NCBI RefSeq assembly: GCF_001194135.2
Contig: NC_068990.1
Span: forward strand, 3,514,379-3,578,378
DNA length: 64,000 nucleotides
Source of the DNA: Octopus bimaculoides
Taxonomy: Eukaryota
Direction: 5' to 3'
The notes beneath the pieces are model-generated. The model saw nothing but the letters and a program-made list of their open reading frames with translations. It did not search any database and had not been told where the DNA came from. Shown in pieces: positions 1-14,818 of this stretch. Within the stretch, counting starts at the first letter, position 1. Each line of letters opens with the position of its first letter. The position numbers and the translations under genes are program-made.

Positions 1-2424
1 ATTCGAATTCGCACAGTCCATTGTAATGGTTTACGGTTCCCTTGTTTGGCGGAACCGAAATGGCCCTGGCTTCGTAAATGACTTAATTTAACCATGAATA
101 TTCAGTCTAGTAAGCATGTACCTAAATTCCTGGAGTCAGTATCTTGGTTTGTTACGTGAAACGGTTTGTTATGTGAAAAAGTGATCCAATATTAATTAAA
201 TTCTACTTTGTCCTCTATCCTCCTTAACTATTATGACCAATGCATATATAAAAAAATATCCATAATCCTGAAAGTTAATCATTTACCCAACAGCCAGACA
301 CATAAGAGAAAATCTTCAACTGATGTTAAGTGAAACTTCCCAACAAAAGTGGCCCCAACACTAAAAACCTTCAAGTATCTCACTTTAAAAATGGGCACTT
401 ATAATGTTTATATTTATCTCTCATTGAATTCAGTTTTCCGTTGTTGATTCTATCGACGAGTGATCTGTACACTATCTATATATATCTCTATCTATCTAAA
501 TATATGTGTGTGTATGTGTGTATACGTTTGAGTATATATGTATGCGTGTGCCTGTATATATATATATATNNNNNNNNNNNNNNNNNNNNNNNNNNNNNNN
601 NNNNNNNNNNNNNNNNNNNNNNNNNNNNNNNNNNNNNNNTATATATGTATGTATATATAGATAACAATCTCTTGTCTAATAAATATGCAGTGCTTTCATC
701 ATGTTAATTTATCACAAAAACGAATTTAATAAAATAGCGCCACCGTAAATGATGATATTTTAAACGACACTCTGCGTCCCTCGTTATGAATTCTTTTTCA
801 GCAAACGTCTAGAATGAAGATAATGACATTTGATATGGCAATAGGTTTTTATGACAGAGTTGAGGCTTGCAGGAGTTATAAAGTATTTCTGAGTTCAAAA
901 ACTACAATTTAAGTGCACAACCTTGATTATCTTACGCGAAATTACCCTAATATAAATTACACTGTATCATATTCAATTAGGTCTAATATTGGAAATGAAG
1001 GCAAACCAGTTTTCAATGAATTTGCTAGATTTTGCTAGATCATTAAACGAGTAATTCATATTAGCACTCGTACGCGCGCGCGCACACACACACACAGTTA
1101 AAAAATAAACCATGGATAATTTATTGACCAAACTCGTAATTTTTTGAAATTAAATCCTCCAGAGGAAACAAGACAACAGTCGAGACACTTCTCACAGACC
1201 AATTGAATAAAATAAAAAGGAACTTTTTAGCTTATTTCTAATTAATAACAAAGCTCACAACAGGAGGTTTTCGATACAGGCTAAGAATCCGACATTTTCA
1301 ACCAGGTTTCCTACAGAAATAAATTGGAAAGCAGTCTTAGTTGCAAGATGGCACTTTTGTTGAAACAATGCGAAAAAATTTCATGAAGTACTGATTACAG
1401 CACATACAAAAGAATGTTTGTGCGTCTATACTGCTACATATATATATATACTGCTTTAAACACACACACACATGCGCGCACACACACATACACACACATG
1501 CACGCATATGTATGTATATATATATATATATTATATACATGTACGTTGATAGATAGCTAGCTAGATAGATAGATAGATAGATAGATAGATATTCAGACAG
1601 ACAAACAAAGACGGACAAGCAGTCATGCAGGCTGATAAGCAGGCAGATAGGCAGACAGGCAGACAGAAAGGCAGGCATAGGAACTTGTCTGCTGTATTTT
1701 ATATATTAGTTTTGAATCATTAAAACAGAAGTAAAATAGACGAATGAAATTAAAAATAAAATAAAATCTCATATAAAATTTAAATACCTTTGTGTTCGTA
1801 AACAACAAGAGAGACTAACCAGCATAAAGAAAAATATTTAGATAACTCATGTAGAAAAAGTCACATGGATTGACTAAGTATATTTTAACACAGCTGTATT
1901 TCTTCGTTGTGTAGTATTTTGTTCGCTTCACTTTAGTCAGGTCACTTGTATTGAGCCATTTATTTTCGTAAGAACCAACTCAAATCAATCACAACTGACA
2001 AGCAATCCACGAAGTGTATTCAACAGAACCAATACGAATGTTTATGAAAGAACACATGATTTTATCTAATAGAGAAATACGTGTAATTTCTAAAGTAGAA
2101 TTGAACATTACACTTTGAACTTTTGCGTATATTTATTTTACAATGGTAGGAAAAAGAATGGTAATCACCATAGAATTTCTAGAATTTGTTCGGCAAATGA
2201 AGATTAGGGTTGATAGTATTAAATTGAAATTTTTTTCTTGCATTTTATTTGTCAGCGTTGTAGAAAGAACATCTATACCAAGATAGGTATTCAAAGCAAT
2301 AGAAATAGACGGCATTGAAAAACATGTCTATTTTAAAATCTAAAGAATGCATACTATAGTCACATTTACACACTAATGAATATTCAAAATTAAACACAAA
2401 TACACACACTGACATACACACACA

Positions 2425-2535
<111 letters not shown>

Positions 2536-3138
2536 GTAAGTATATATCAAAATATATATACGTACGCACATACACTCGTGTTCATGTGTGTGTGTGCGTG
2601 TATGTGCATGTGCAGATGTGTATGTATATGTGTAAATGTATGTGGGTGTGTTTGTTTTATGTGTGCTGTAATCATTTAAGTATGTATGTATAACACATTT
2701 GTGAAAAAAAAATACAATCGAATTCAAAAATACCTTCTACAATATAAGATCTCCAGACAGGCGCAGTAAACATCTCTAAAGTTTCTAGGGAATCGTTATA
2801 TGAAATTTTCGAGTGCTAACATCGATTAAACCTTCGGTATACAATTCAGCTTGCAAATCAACCGTATATATTCACCATAATGTTCAGAACTCTTGGCATA
2901 GCTATCTTTCTGCTGACTTTGCGTTTCTAGAGTTGAATCAATGGTGAAATTTCTCTAGGGAAAAAATAGAGAAATAATTAGATAGATAGATTACCGTTTT
3001 TCATATAGACGTCTGTTTCTAGCAGCCAAATATTTGCAGCGAGCTGCGAAAAATTCACATTTGGTATATATCTTTCTACGCAAAATGAAACAACGTACTA
3101 CGAAAATTCAAAATTGTACGTTATTTTCCTGACCATAG

Positions 3139-3225
3139 AAAGTTCAGAGGTTATCGAGGTACAGTGTGATGGTTCGGTTACCACTCACCTATGTCTTTCT
3201 CGAAATAGTTTCATCATTGACTTTG
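3139..3225 (+). CDS. Candidate internal exon (phase 1-1, 87 nt) of an unidentified gene
   Basis: TTTTCCTGACCATAG|...|GTATAT boundaries with open frame SSEVIEVQCDGSVTTHLCLSRNSFIIDF. No recognisable homology. Confidence 0.2.
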
Positions 3226-3378
3226 GTATATGAACATATTTGTTACAAAAACATAGCCGTATCAAATGTTGGGAATTTTGTTTCATCTCTCTCTGGCTCT
3301 TTCTGTCTTTGTAATTGCGTATGTGTGACTCTCTTTGTCACTCTATATCTACCTATCTATTTACCTATGTATGTATGC

Positions 3379-3443
<65 letters not shown>

Positions 3444-3855
3444 CACACAATGCAGATGGATGGCTGTATATATGTATATGTGCATACATCAATGTTGAGA
3501 TACTGAGTTTATCTATTCATAAATGAATATTTGTATGCATGTATATGTGTATGTGTGTGCGAGCACGTATGCATTTTTGTTACTACTACAGCCCTTCCCA
3601 GGTGATTAAATACGTTCATCAGTTTTTATCACATTTCTGACAAATTTAAACTGTGCGTCCGAAGAATTTACATCACGACGATCTTACTTCGCCTTGTCCT
3701 AGTATATTTCTTGACCCTCTAAAAACCACAATTGTCTCAGTTCACAAATGAATGGGTATTACTCTAGTATTTGTTCATTTTCAGTGACAAAGGCAAATCC
3801 TTTTTATTTTAATCATTGTAGTCGAAAAGATTATTTTCCTACCAAAATAATTATA

Positions 3856-4106
3856 TGTGATACCCCACAGCTCTTCAATATCTTTCCAAAACGCCTGAGA
3901 GATCTGCATGGTGTGGATGTAAGCGTCTTTAAAACAACAGTGGATTTCTTCCTGTCAACGATTCCAGATGAGCCTACCTCTCGGCAGGAAACACAGATGA
4001 GGGCAGCGGTATCAAACTCCCTCACATATAAGAGGAGGCTTCAAAAAATAGTGTAGGACAGTTAACAGTGGTGCCCCAGCATGACCGCAGCTTTGAAGCT
4101 GAAACA
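3856..4106 (+). mobile_element. CR1/L2-clade LINE, 5'-truncated 3' end (ORF2 C-terminus plus 3' tail)
   Basis: Frame reads PQLFNIFPKRLRDLHGVDVSVFKTTVDFFLSTIPDEPTSRQETQMRAAVSNSL, typical of a CR1/L2/Jockey ORF2 C-terminus. The same peptide occurs at 44748-45050 (-). It ends in the tail GGTGCCCCAGCATGACCGCAG...CTGAAAC (4070-4105). Confidence 0.8.
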
Positions 4107-4206
4107 TTTTTAAAGATATAATAAATAAATTGGACATAGTATAGCTACTATACATACAAGATGTAAGTCTAGCTCTCTTTCTTTCTCTCTCTCTCTCTCT
4201 CTCTCA

Positions 4207-4253
<47 letters not shown>

Positions 4254-6296
4254 GTCTCTGCGCAGTTTTTTTTTTTTTGACGGACACAGAAGAAGCATCA
4301 ATAAAACCAGCATCAGTCATCTACTGACTTTGGATTTTGCAGCTACGCTCCTCATCAATACCTCTCCTTGTTTTACTGCTTGAAATGAATATTGCCTCTT
4401 CTACAACTGTGTACTTTCAACACTTTCTTTACAATGAAAAACATTGAGCTAAATAATAATTAGCTCCATATTGCGATAATTATTATTTATTCTTAATTGA
4501 TTAATATATCGATTACATCATTTTGATCTTGAAACTTTCGTTTAAGATTATAGACTCCAACTAGAAATAAAAGTTACGATATTCATGATAAGAAAATGAT
4601 AGTTTGAGGCTCGATTTTCAATATTTTAAGCTAGTATTACATATGATAGAATGGTAGATAGAATGGTAGATAGTATGCAGACATGGTTCAGCGGCGGATT
4701 CAATGACGTAGTGCATTTATTATAATCATTCTGTGTTTTGTGTTTTGACTTTGATATTTATCACTCTAGAGACAAGAAAGTAAACATTAATAATATACTG
4801 AGATCAAACCGATCGAGTCTAAACGCTTGTCTACAATATGTAGACGAAAAGTAATCATTAAGATTACATAGACGAAATTAATCATTAAGATAACATGGGT
4901 TTATCGTTTTAATTATTGATTTCGTACATTGGCACAAAGCAACAAATATGTAAGGGGGTGTTGTATAGTCGATTAAATCGACCAAAGTGTTTGGCTTTTA
5001 CTATTATTCTCAGCCATGGAACGATAAAGGCAACCTTTGCCTCGGTGATATAGGTCAAAACATATAGGGGAAAAAAATACTTCAGTTTTAGTCGTGGTCC
5101 AACACTTTTAATGGGGAAATTATTGAAAAACAGGCAAATGTAAGTTGTTGGAATTTTTTATCTTCACTATAATCAACGAAATTCAATCATTAATAAAATA
5201 ATTTTAATGTAACCTTATAAATATAACATGCCGTAAATATGTGTACAACAGGCTACAATACCGTCTAACGCAGACAGTGACTGTTTCATGCAGAGGACTG
5301 CATTATGAATTTATAGTAACGGTAGTGAGTCGAAACACATCACATGCACCGACTTCTACACTAATACTGCTTTTAGATCGATTCAGATTCCGAAAATTAA
5401 AGTTTTGCAATAGTTTAGTAATAGTTACGAATGTATTACATTTTCATTAAATTTTATTTTTGAGATATAGATTTATTTTTATTTTTAGTATCGAGGTAGA
5501 TATTCGAATTCGCAAATCGAAACAAGCGTCACGAAATAGATTTAGAAGGAGAAAATAAATTTAGCCTAGTCTGTCTCATACAACTCGCTTTTTCAATTCC
5601 CATGGTAGTTTTCTCTGTGCTAACTTTTTATCTTTGTTGTTTTGGTTAGAGATCTTACCGTTGTATATCTCAACTGCCATACCTAATCATGTAACTATCA
5701 ATATATCCATATATCACTCCGTCTGCTCACCTAGGAGAGATTTTTCTATTTGACTATCCCGTGTCAATGTCCTCCCAAGTTACCCAGATATATATTTTTA
5801 TCCATGCATCTACTAATATGTGTGTATGTGTGTGTGTGTGTTGAGTCAGTTATTTACTTAAGCGCAGTCACGCTATGGGACTGCCTACATGCTTCAGTTA
5901 ACCATATCGATCCATGTACTTCTTTCAATTTCGTGCTGGCGATTTTGTCGAAACACTATCTTTCGTGACGGAAAGAAAACCAATATACTCATCTTTTGTT
6001 TTATAGGCCAGAGTACACGGGAACGTATACTCCGAATACGGTAGAATTGAATACATACATACATACTTACAAACATACATATCGACATGCATATATACAT
6101 ACATATATACATCATACACACACACATTTATATATACATAGATATATATGTACGCATATAGAGACAGAGTGATAGATAGATACACACATACATACATACA
6201 TGCATACATAGACGTGCAGTCTCAAACATACGAGAGTAGATGTCCTCATATACATGTTTAGAAATATATATATGATATGTATGTTTATGGCAATGT

Positions 6297-6346
<50 letters not shown>

Positions 6347-6769
6347 GCACATACATTATATGTCAATGTATGTGTTTATGCATGTATGTATTATGTATAT
6401 ATAATGTTTGTATAATATCCGTTCCTGCAAATCGATCAATTTAATAGGTTTATCTTAGTTTATTCTTCCAACGAGAAATGCATCTAGCGTTAGTTCTGCC
6501 TGTTGTCCTATATTCCTTGGTCTCTGCTAGTTATCTTCGTATCTCAATCTATCTATCTATCTATATGTATGCACACCTCGTTCATTCGTTGTCTTTTTGT
6601 GTTTCTACATATATTTTTGATTATGTATCTCCTCATCCATGTATCTATTTATATTACGTCATGTCATTGTTTCAATGAGTAAATATTCTGATACATCATC
6701 TGTGTATCTAGAAAAAAAAAAGAAGTTGGAGCGTAGAAGTTAACTGTTCGATGTTGTCTATGTACATGC

Positions 6770-7110
6770 ATCACCAATGAAGCTTATATAGGAGGAAGAT
6801 ATCACTGGTGTAGTTAACGACAGCTAAAACATTCAGAAAATGGAAAATATGGTAAAGGTAGTGTTGATGCAGAGAAGAAAAAAAGAAGAAAAAATAAGAG
6901 AAGTTATTGGGGAATTATCACACAGAATATATAGAAAAGTAAATGCTATCAAGGAGAATGCAACAGATGCTTGCAGCAAATTGTAAATTCTCTTTAGTGA
7001 GAAAAAAAAAACAACCACGCAGCAGAATACAAAAAAGCGGCTACCATATATGCGAGAAGTTTCGTAGTCTGAGCATATCGATATCGCCTGTAGAATAACA
7101 ATAAGCTGCG
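6770..7110 (+). mobile_element. Possible decayed Tc1-type transposase N-terminal (HTH) fragment
   Basis: Stop-interrupted frame ...ELSHRIYRKVNAIKENATDACSKL*...KKRLPYMREVS*SEHIDIACR loosely resembles Tc1 paired-like DNA-binding regions. No TIR or DDE motif was found. Confidence 0.2.
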
Positions 7111-7236
7111 TAAAGTATGATCTGAAATACATATAAATCTAGATCGAACAGTTAATTGGGGGCAATGCAATATATTCAAATGTCAGGAGTAATATTACCT
7201 CGAACATGTAATAGATTTTATCATTATTATAATCAC

Positions 7237-7296
<60 letters not shown>

Positions 7297-7599
7297 CATT
7301 ATCGGTTCTGGAAGCATGCTCGTCTTGCTCGTAGGTTTAACCTTTAATTTGCGTCTCCAAATGTTGTTAACTGCTTATTTACAAACGCTTGTTAAAACGA
7401 CCACCATTGTATAGGTTTGATTTCCCGGTTTATTTGTTTGTTGATTCACTTTTGGTGACGCAATTTCAAAGAGAGAATTTTCATTTTGTTTAGGAAACAA
7501 TATTTTCCATAAGCAGACATGGCGATGCAAGCCTTGCTAAAAGGCATGGAATAGAAAGTAAGAGGTAGCTTTGACACTTCAGAGTCCTCCGTCTTCTAC

Positions 7600-8160
7600 C
7601 CTGAAATGAAAGGGGAAGTGAGCTCTTACTAAGTTCAAAGTACACTGGGCAACACTACCTCTGACAACAGTAGCAGCAGCAACCCAAACAGCAACACTGC
7701 GCGGGAATTTAATTCCAATTATGAAGCTGAATTCCCTGCAAGAAATAAGACAGCACTACTTCATTGTGAGAATTTTTAACTTGTTGAAGACTGTATCTAC
7801 ACATACGGGAGTAATTTTAACTTTTCTGCATGCATTTGATACGTGACGCCATGTTGAAAATCTGTTCCTGTGTGTATTACAGATCCGGCTGACTTCCTTT
7901 GAACGCGCGCCCCAAACAGTTCGGCAAAGTGCCGAAGAAATTCCGCACACATCTGCATGGATTCGAGTAGCATGCGCCCGTCCTGGCTTGCCGAAGGATA
8001 AATAATGTATTCATTGCCAGGTAGAGCTTCTGCCTCACAGGCCCATTGAACGACTTTCATTTGACCTGATGCAGGCGTTATACTTTTTGAAGAAGTGATG
8101 ATTGACACTTTACGCTCCGACCAAACCCTCACCGAATTTTTCAAGTAACTCTTGAAGTAG
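7600..8160 (+). mobile_element. Heavily decayed L1/Tx1 ORF2 C-terminal relic
   Basis: LRSDQTLTEFFK*LLK at ~8110-8157 parallels FLSSQALIIFKYNLRRK in the better Tx1 copy at ~18040-18090. Upstream TVRQSAEEIPH resembles the zinc-knuckle region. Multiple stops. Confidence 0.3.
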
Positions 8161-9154
8161 GTCGTTATAATATTAACAGACGTGCTTCTATTTAGTAAAA
8201 ATGTTATTTTATACTTTCGTTATTTATTTAGCTTTGAAATAGCAGAATCTATTATTTATCCAACCATCTAACAGTTCTTTGGTAATTTAGCCACTCTTTC
8301 ATATAAGTAGCCACCCTAAATAAAAAACACAAAGCTATTTTATTAGTTTCCTGATATTCTTTAGAAGTTATGCTTCTAAACATGAAATAGATATACTTTA
8401 TCAATGTGTTCTACTAGCAGAAAACCTTCACATTCCTATTTTCGTGTTAAATTAAATCTTTTGTATCGAATTTCTGGGTGTCTTTTCTTAAAGTAGCCAA
8501 TACTCAAATATTTTCCAATTTATTCTTGTTAATCCAATTTGAAGTTGAAGATATTATGAACTTGAATAACAAGATTATTGATATATATTGACTTTATATG
8601 TTGCGTTTATTTAATTTGAACTGTGAATCTAATACTATTAAAATAGTTCGTACTGATATATTTTTTTATCTTGCTCTTCGTCTAATGCATTAGCTCTTAC
8701 AATTTAAAGCTATATGTTGATGTTTTAGTAAGTAAATTGATTGGAGAAATAGAACAATATGCTCGATTATTGAGTTGTCTGCCTACTCTTAAAAATGATA
8801 AAATATTTTTTTCTCCATTATGTCTAACGTGGGCTTTAGGATATCCATTACACTCATAGAAATTGTTTCATTTTTAATTCTATTATATCACCTTCCCACC
8901 AAACCTCAGTACATCTATTTCCCCATCAACCAGTAACGCTCGTGCAACTATACTAACATACGTCTGTCATGCGCGCACATATAAGTTCTAAAGTCATGAA
9001 TATATATATGTATAAAACACACCAGATAAAAGCACAAATACGTTTACACTCAACTACGAGAATCTACATATTTACGCATACGCACACAAACCCATAATAG
9101 CATCCCATACACACTTGTGCACGCACGAGTGTACAGCTGGCACTCACACGTATT

Positions 9155-9211
<57 letters not shown>

Positions 9212-9213
<2 letters not shown>

Positions 9214-9340
9214 CGACGGGCTCCTTTCGGTACCCGACTACCAGATCTACTCAGAACGCTTCCGCTCAAACTGCCACGCAGTTAGACAAGCTGGAACCAT
9301 GTGGTTAGGAAACACACTTCTTACCAGACAGCCACACCTT
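9212..9340 (-). mobile_element. tRNA-derived SINE (5' half of the composite family)
   Basis: TACGACGGGCT...GCCACGCAGT...GGAACCATGTGGTT...CTTACCA.ACAGCCAC matches the copy at 35930-36085. Confidence 0.7.
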
Positions 9341-9771
9341 CGTCTATATATATATANNNNNNNNNNNNNNNNNNNNNNNNNNNNNNNNNNNNNNNNNNNN
9401 NNNNNNNNNNNNNNNNNNNNNNNNNNNNNNNNNNNNNNNNNNNNNNNNNNNNNNNNNNNNNNNNNNNNNNNNNNNNNNNNNNNNNNNNNNNNNNNNNNNN
9501 NNNNNNNNNNNNNNNNNNNNNNNNNNNNNNNNNNNNNNNNNNNNNNNNNNNNNNNNNNNNNNNNNNNNNNNNNNNNNNNNNNNNNNNNNNNNNNNNNNNN
9601 NNNNNNNNNNNNNNNNNNNNNNNNNNNNNNNNNNNNNNNNNNNNNNNNNNNNNNNNNNNNNNNNNNNNNNNNNNNNNNNNNNNNNNNNNNNNNNNNNNNN
9701 NNNNNNNNNNNNNNNNNNNNNNNNNNNNNNNNNNNNNNNNNNNNNNNNNNNNNNNNNNNNNNNNNNNNNNN

Positions 9772-9844
<73 letters not shown>

Positions 9845-11384
9845 TATACGCATACATATATGCAACCATACATACATATATATTTTAAATACGGTGCTTC
9901 TTCTATTCTCCCACATTCAGAGTGACGCAGTAATAAATATTAAAAAGAATTGGAACAACACGAATTATTAGAAATTCACTTTTGTTCAATAATAGCGACA
10001 TTATATTCGAAAAAAAAAAGGCGATAGATTTCAAAACATGATTTTACTAATGAAATTAGCGTTTGTTTACGGTGACAATATGGAAAATATTTCCAAATGA
10101 CTTGTTGCAGAAAATGCTTCAATACAATAACATGTCTGCCTTCTGCAATTTAAAATAACCTATCGCTTTAGACACAAATTTGGTACATGGAATAAAAAAT
10201 AACATATCGATTTTTGTCTCGCTTTTGTCCTCAATACATATACACATATATGCATACATACGTATCACACACACACACACACACACATATTTGTTACACC
10301 AGTAACTGAGAAGCCACTGTTCTTCTATGCTGGAATACGGGGCTGGACTCCTGCCACTGAAGAAGCTCTCTTCATTGAAATCACCTGATGACACAGTTTC
10401 AGCGTCCTGCCACTCGATTATAGTCTGCTACGTTATATTTGCGAGCATGCTATACACTTGTGGGCGCTCTAATAATACATCCACTTGCTTCTTGGTATTT
10501 ATACTGCTTCCGTCTCTAGGACTCAGTCCAAAAGTGTCCCCACCTTCCAAGAAAAAAACATTCAAATATTTCCCTAGAAAAGGATTTTATTTAGTAGATC
10601 GGAAATTGGAGATCGGAGGTGCTAGAAATTATATGGTAAATATTAGTGCAGTATCTTGTTTGCCTATATTCCAGTAATAATTCTTCACTAAATAATTAGT
10701 ATTCTTTGTATGTAAAACTTTACATATTCAATAATGCATTCTATATCTAGGAGAATATTATCTACATGTAAATTTTAGGTTGACATGTATAGCTAAAGAT
10801 TTGGATTTCACATGAGGTGGAAGTATTCTAAGATATTTCGTACAATACCTTGAACTTACACATCTATAAAACATATCTATAAAATATAAGCTATAACAAA
10901 CGAATCCCTATCTGTTTCCTGTGTGCGTGCATGCGTGCGTGTGTGCGTGCATGCGTGCGTGTGTGCGTGAGTATGTGTTTGTGTATGTATGAATGTGTGT
11001 ATGTATGTATGTTTGTATGTATGTCTGCATGTATGTAAGATCGTTCACAAAGTTTGTTTCGACCTCAAGTCATTATCAAGTGCTATATTTTAAAGCTTAA
11101 TGCGAATTTTAAAAAATTTCGACATGCAACATATATATAGTAAGTACTAAGTAATACTTATGATACTCGTCAGTAAATAAAAAAAAAGTATAAGTAAAGA
11201 AAATATTTACGTCTAGCAGGTTTCCAGTAAGAATTACTTTGGAAATAGGCAATTTCTTTCTCTTTTATTCCTTTCTATTTTATGTATTTTAATGGTGGCA
11301 TTTATCAAAACATGTTCGTCTTATGCATTGGCAGGTTGATGGTGGTTGTAGAAAACTGCTGGCAGTGTAGCTAGTATAAGTAAA

Positions 11385-11628
11385 GCTCTTTCCCGGGTCA
11401 TATAGACACATAAGGCCGGTTTCCCAGTTTCAATGGCGTATATATTCTCCACTTGGACTGGACGCCGGCCCGTCGCAGGATTACTCATTTTTGCCAGTTC
11501 AGTGGACTGGAGCAACGTGAAATGAAGTGTTTGGTCAAGAACATAACGCACCCCTGGTCCAGGAATCGAAACAACAATCTTACGATCATGTGTGCAAACA
11601 CCCTAACCACTAAGTCACGTACCTCCAG
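11385..11628 (-). mobile_element. tRNA-derived SINE
   Basis: Minus-strand head GGAGGTACGTGACTTAGTGGTTAGGG...GTTTCGATTCCTGGACC carries Pol III A- and B-box-like motifs. The body resembles 45842-46170. Confidence 0.75.
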
Positions 11629-11799
11629 TGTAGGTAATGCTAGTCTCAGTCAGTTAAGGATAATATTATCATAAATGTTGAAATGATTAGAAATCCACTG
11701 AAAACAATGCTCTTACCGGTATTCATGAATTTAATTGCGTTTGTGTTAGCGATGATAATGATGCCTTCCATATGATATATACTAATAAAGGCTGTGAGC

Positions 11800-11985
11800 A
11801 GAGGGAATAGTTATCTCACCCGACAAATTGCTTAGCAGTTCCGGCTCTTTACTATTTCTAAGTCCATATTCCGCAGAGATTGACTTTGCCTTTCGTATTT
11901 TTAGGGTCATTAAATTAAATATCAGTCGAACACTGGGGTTCATACAATCGAGTGGATCCTCTGCTAACGATCAGATTGTTCCTAT
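11800..11985 (+). mobile_element. SINE (abundant family with core GAGGTCGACTTTGCCTTTCATCC)
   Basis: TGCTTAGCAG...TCCGCAGAGATTGACTTTGCCTTTCG...GGGTCATTAAATTAA...CACTGGGGT matches copies at 39602 and 42395. Confidence 0.65.
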
Positions 11986-12734
11986 AGTACAAAGAATTAA
12001 TAATAATAAATATTAATAATTTATCGATAACGAGATAAGCATAAGCAAAAGAATCTTTACCAATATTAGCATTAGTACTAGTAATACCAGTGGTAATGAG
12101 AATGGAATTAGAATTAAATATATTTGTAAATAACAGATATAAATAACTATTAATACGGGTGGAACGATCTTTCTTGTAAATTTTAAATAAAAGCATATAG
12201 AATATTACACTCGCCCCATGTATTGAGTACTCTATTTGAACCAATTTCAACTCAGGTAATATCAAGTGCGTGTGTGTTTGTATGCGTTTCTGTTTGATTC
12301 TGTTTGTGTGTGACCCTGTGCTTACGTCTGCATATGAAAGTCGCCTGCGCAAATTCAGTTCCTCTAAGCGATGAACTTCGTGACAGGCATTGCACAAAAC
12401 TCATTAAATTATCGGAGCAAGCAATTAGTGTCTATGTAATTTAAACAACTGTGAAGTAGCGATATCAAACGCACCACAAAATAATAATATTTGGTAGAAA
12501 TCATTTTCAGGGGCGTCTAAAAACACCAGTGACATGTCATCGTGTGAGTGGCAGTTGGAATATAGACAGTTAATTGTTTAGCCACGCTATATAGAGATAT
12601 TATTGATATCACGAGCGCGAGCGATTGGTATAGCAATCATCTCGGAATGGACGTAGTAGAAAAGATATAACTTTATAGATCAACTTGAAACAGTTAGTCT
12701 TAGAAAGGTAAAGAGAAAATATGAGAAAAAGAAC

Positions 12735-12751
12735 ACATATATGTATGCATG

Positions 12752-12785
<34 letters not shown>

Positions 12786-12918
12786 TGCATATATGTATGT
12801 ATGTTTGCATGTATGTATGCATGTATGTATTATGTATTTATCAATGTATACTTATACATATATGTATATATATATATGTGTATATATAATTTATATACAT
12901 ATAGATATGTATATGTAA

Positions 12919-12969
<51 letters not shown>

Positions 12970-12992
12970 TATATATATTGCATATATATATA

Positions 12993-13042
<50 letters not shown>

Positions 13043-13130
13043 CGCGCGTATATGCAATATACGCGCCCATAGACAAATAGATATGTAGGTACATACAAAT
13101 ATACATATATACTCATACATATAATTTTTC
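12735..13130. repeat. Compound (TATG)n/(TA)n/(TG)n microsatellite (representative of many such arrays in the window)
   Basis: Direct reading. Similar arrays lie at ~1440-1680, 2400-2660, 13720-13835, 14690-14815, 24340-24700, 28200-28320 and 40210-40395. Confidence 0.95.
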
Positions 13131-13741
13131 TCTTAGTATGGAATACAATTGATATGATAGATATAGAGCCATTAAGTAAACATAACTCGTATATGAATAC
13201 AACATAACACAACTTCATAAATAAGGATAACCACATTATAGTTAATAATGAAATTATATACTTAGCTGTATAAAATATATTCTAAATTGTTCCGCCATTT
13301 AGATAGAATATATTCATTTTGTTTGTTTCATTCTTTCTTCTTTTTTTCATTCAAAACAAGTAGCGTTTAGAAAAGAAATTCAAATGGTTTAATATGGCTG
13401 GAAACCTAGACGTAAACATCACGAATGTAACATTAAGTCATATTTTCCTTCGATGTTTCCAATAGTTTGAACAAAAACTGCCTGAAAAGTCATTCAATAA
13501 CCCTTTCTTTACAAAGCAGTCGGCAGTGTTAAATATTCTGTACCAGGAGAAACATAACGAATATCCGCATCGATAGCCATTATGTGTGATCTTTACTTCA
13601 TTTAAATATTTGACTTTTTCTATTGTACGAGCAATAAATACGAAAACCGAAAACTTTATATTCATATATCATCTGTATATATAGTTGTGTAAATACTATG
13701 ACTAAAGTGTATTTCGTACACACGCACGCACACGCACACAC

Positions 13742-13835
<94 letters not shown>

Positions 13836-14687
13836 TAAAGTTCTCCTTCTTTGTCATATGCCTGGAGTATTAGCGTATTGATACTCGCGTTTCATTTGTA
13901 GTAATATATTCATTCGGAGATCTTTGCTATTAGTTTTTAAGTTAGCGAGAAACCTAGTGATAAATGCGATAAAAAAAGAAGAGGGAAAATGAAACAGACA
14001 GACAGAAGAACTCATGTTGCTCGGGAACAGCCATCAGACGCATCGAAGAAAATATGTTGCAATAAGAATTAACTATTACAGAGACTTTTTCATCTCCAGC
14101 CAACTATTCATTGTCATTCCTTATCTTACTGTTTCTTCCTCTATCTCTTTGATTATTTCACTCTCAGGTTATATGTAGAATTCCTTTACTCACTGGCTGC
14201 CTACAAACCTAGTATGTCTGCTCATCTTGCACCTATTGTATTAACACTTTACCTGTCTCTATTGTACATTCCACCAAACTTACTCTGTTTTTTTCCCGCT
14301 GGAGAAAGAAACCAACCAACCAGCCAGCTAAAATTTATATCGGCTATTATCAAATATATATATATAAGCATGTTGTGTGGTTGGGGAGGACGGGCGTGCA
14401 CCTGCATGTGGATAACATATCTTCGTTTATGACTGAAAAATTACGAAAAGTTCCGAAAACCAAAATATAAGATACCATCCCAAAAATTAATACTACACAA
14501 GCATTAAAATGTATATTATACTCAGATAAAGAAGCACTTGCATCCGTACAGACACACGCACAATATACACACCCATATTATGATATTATTATACCCTTAT
14601 CATTAAACGTTTGAGGCGTATTTTCCAGTATGTGTCCTGCGTTTGTGACAAAGAAAGTCATAAGAAATAGATGAAGCTTTATATTTT

Positions 14688-14818
<131 letters not shown>

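Noticed and set aside
7797-8144. 115-aa minus ORF as a host gene
   Set aside because: No recognisable domain; it is probably the antisense shadow of a Tx1 relic.
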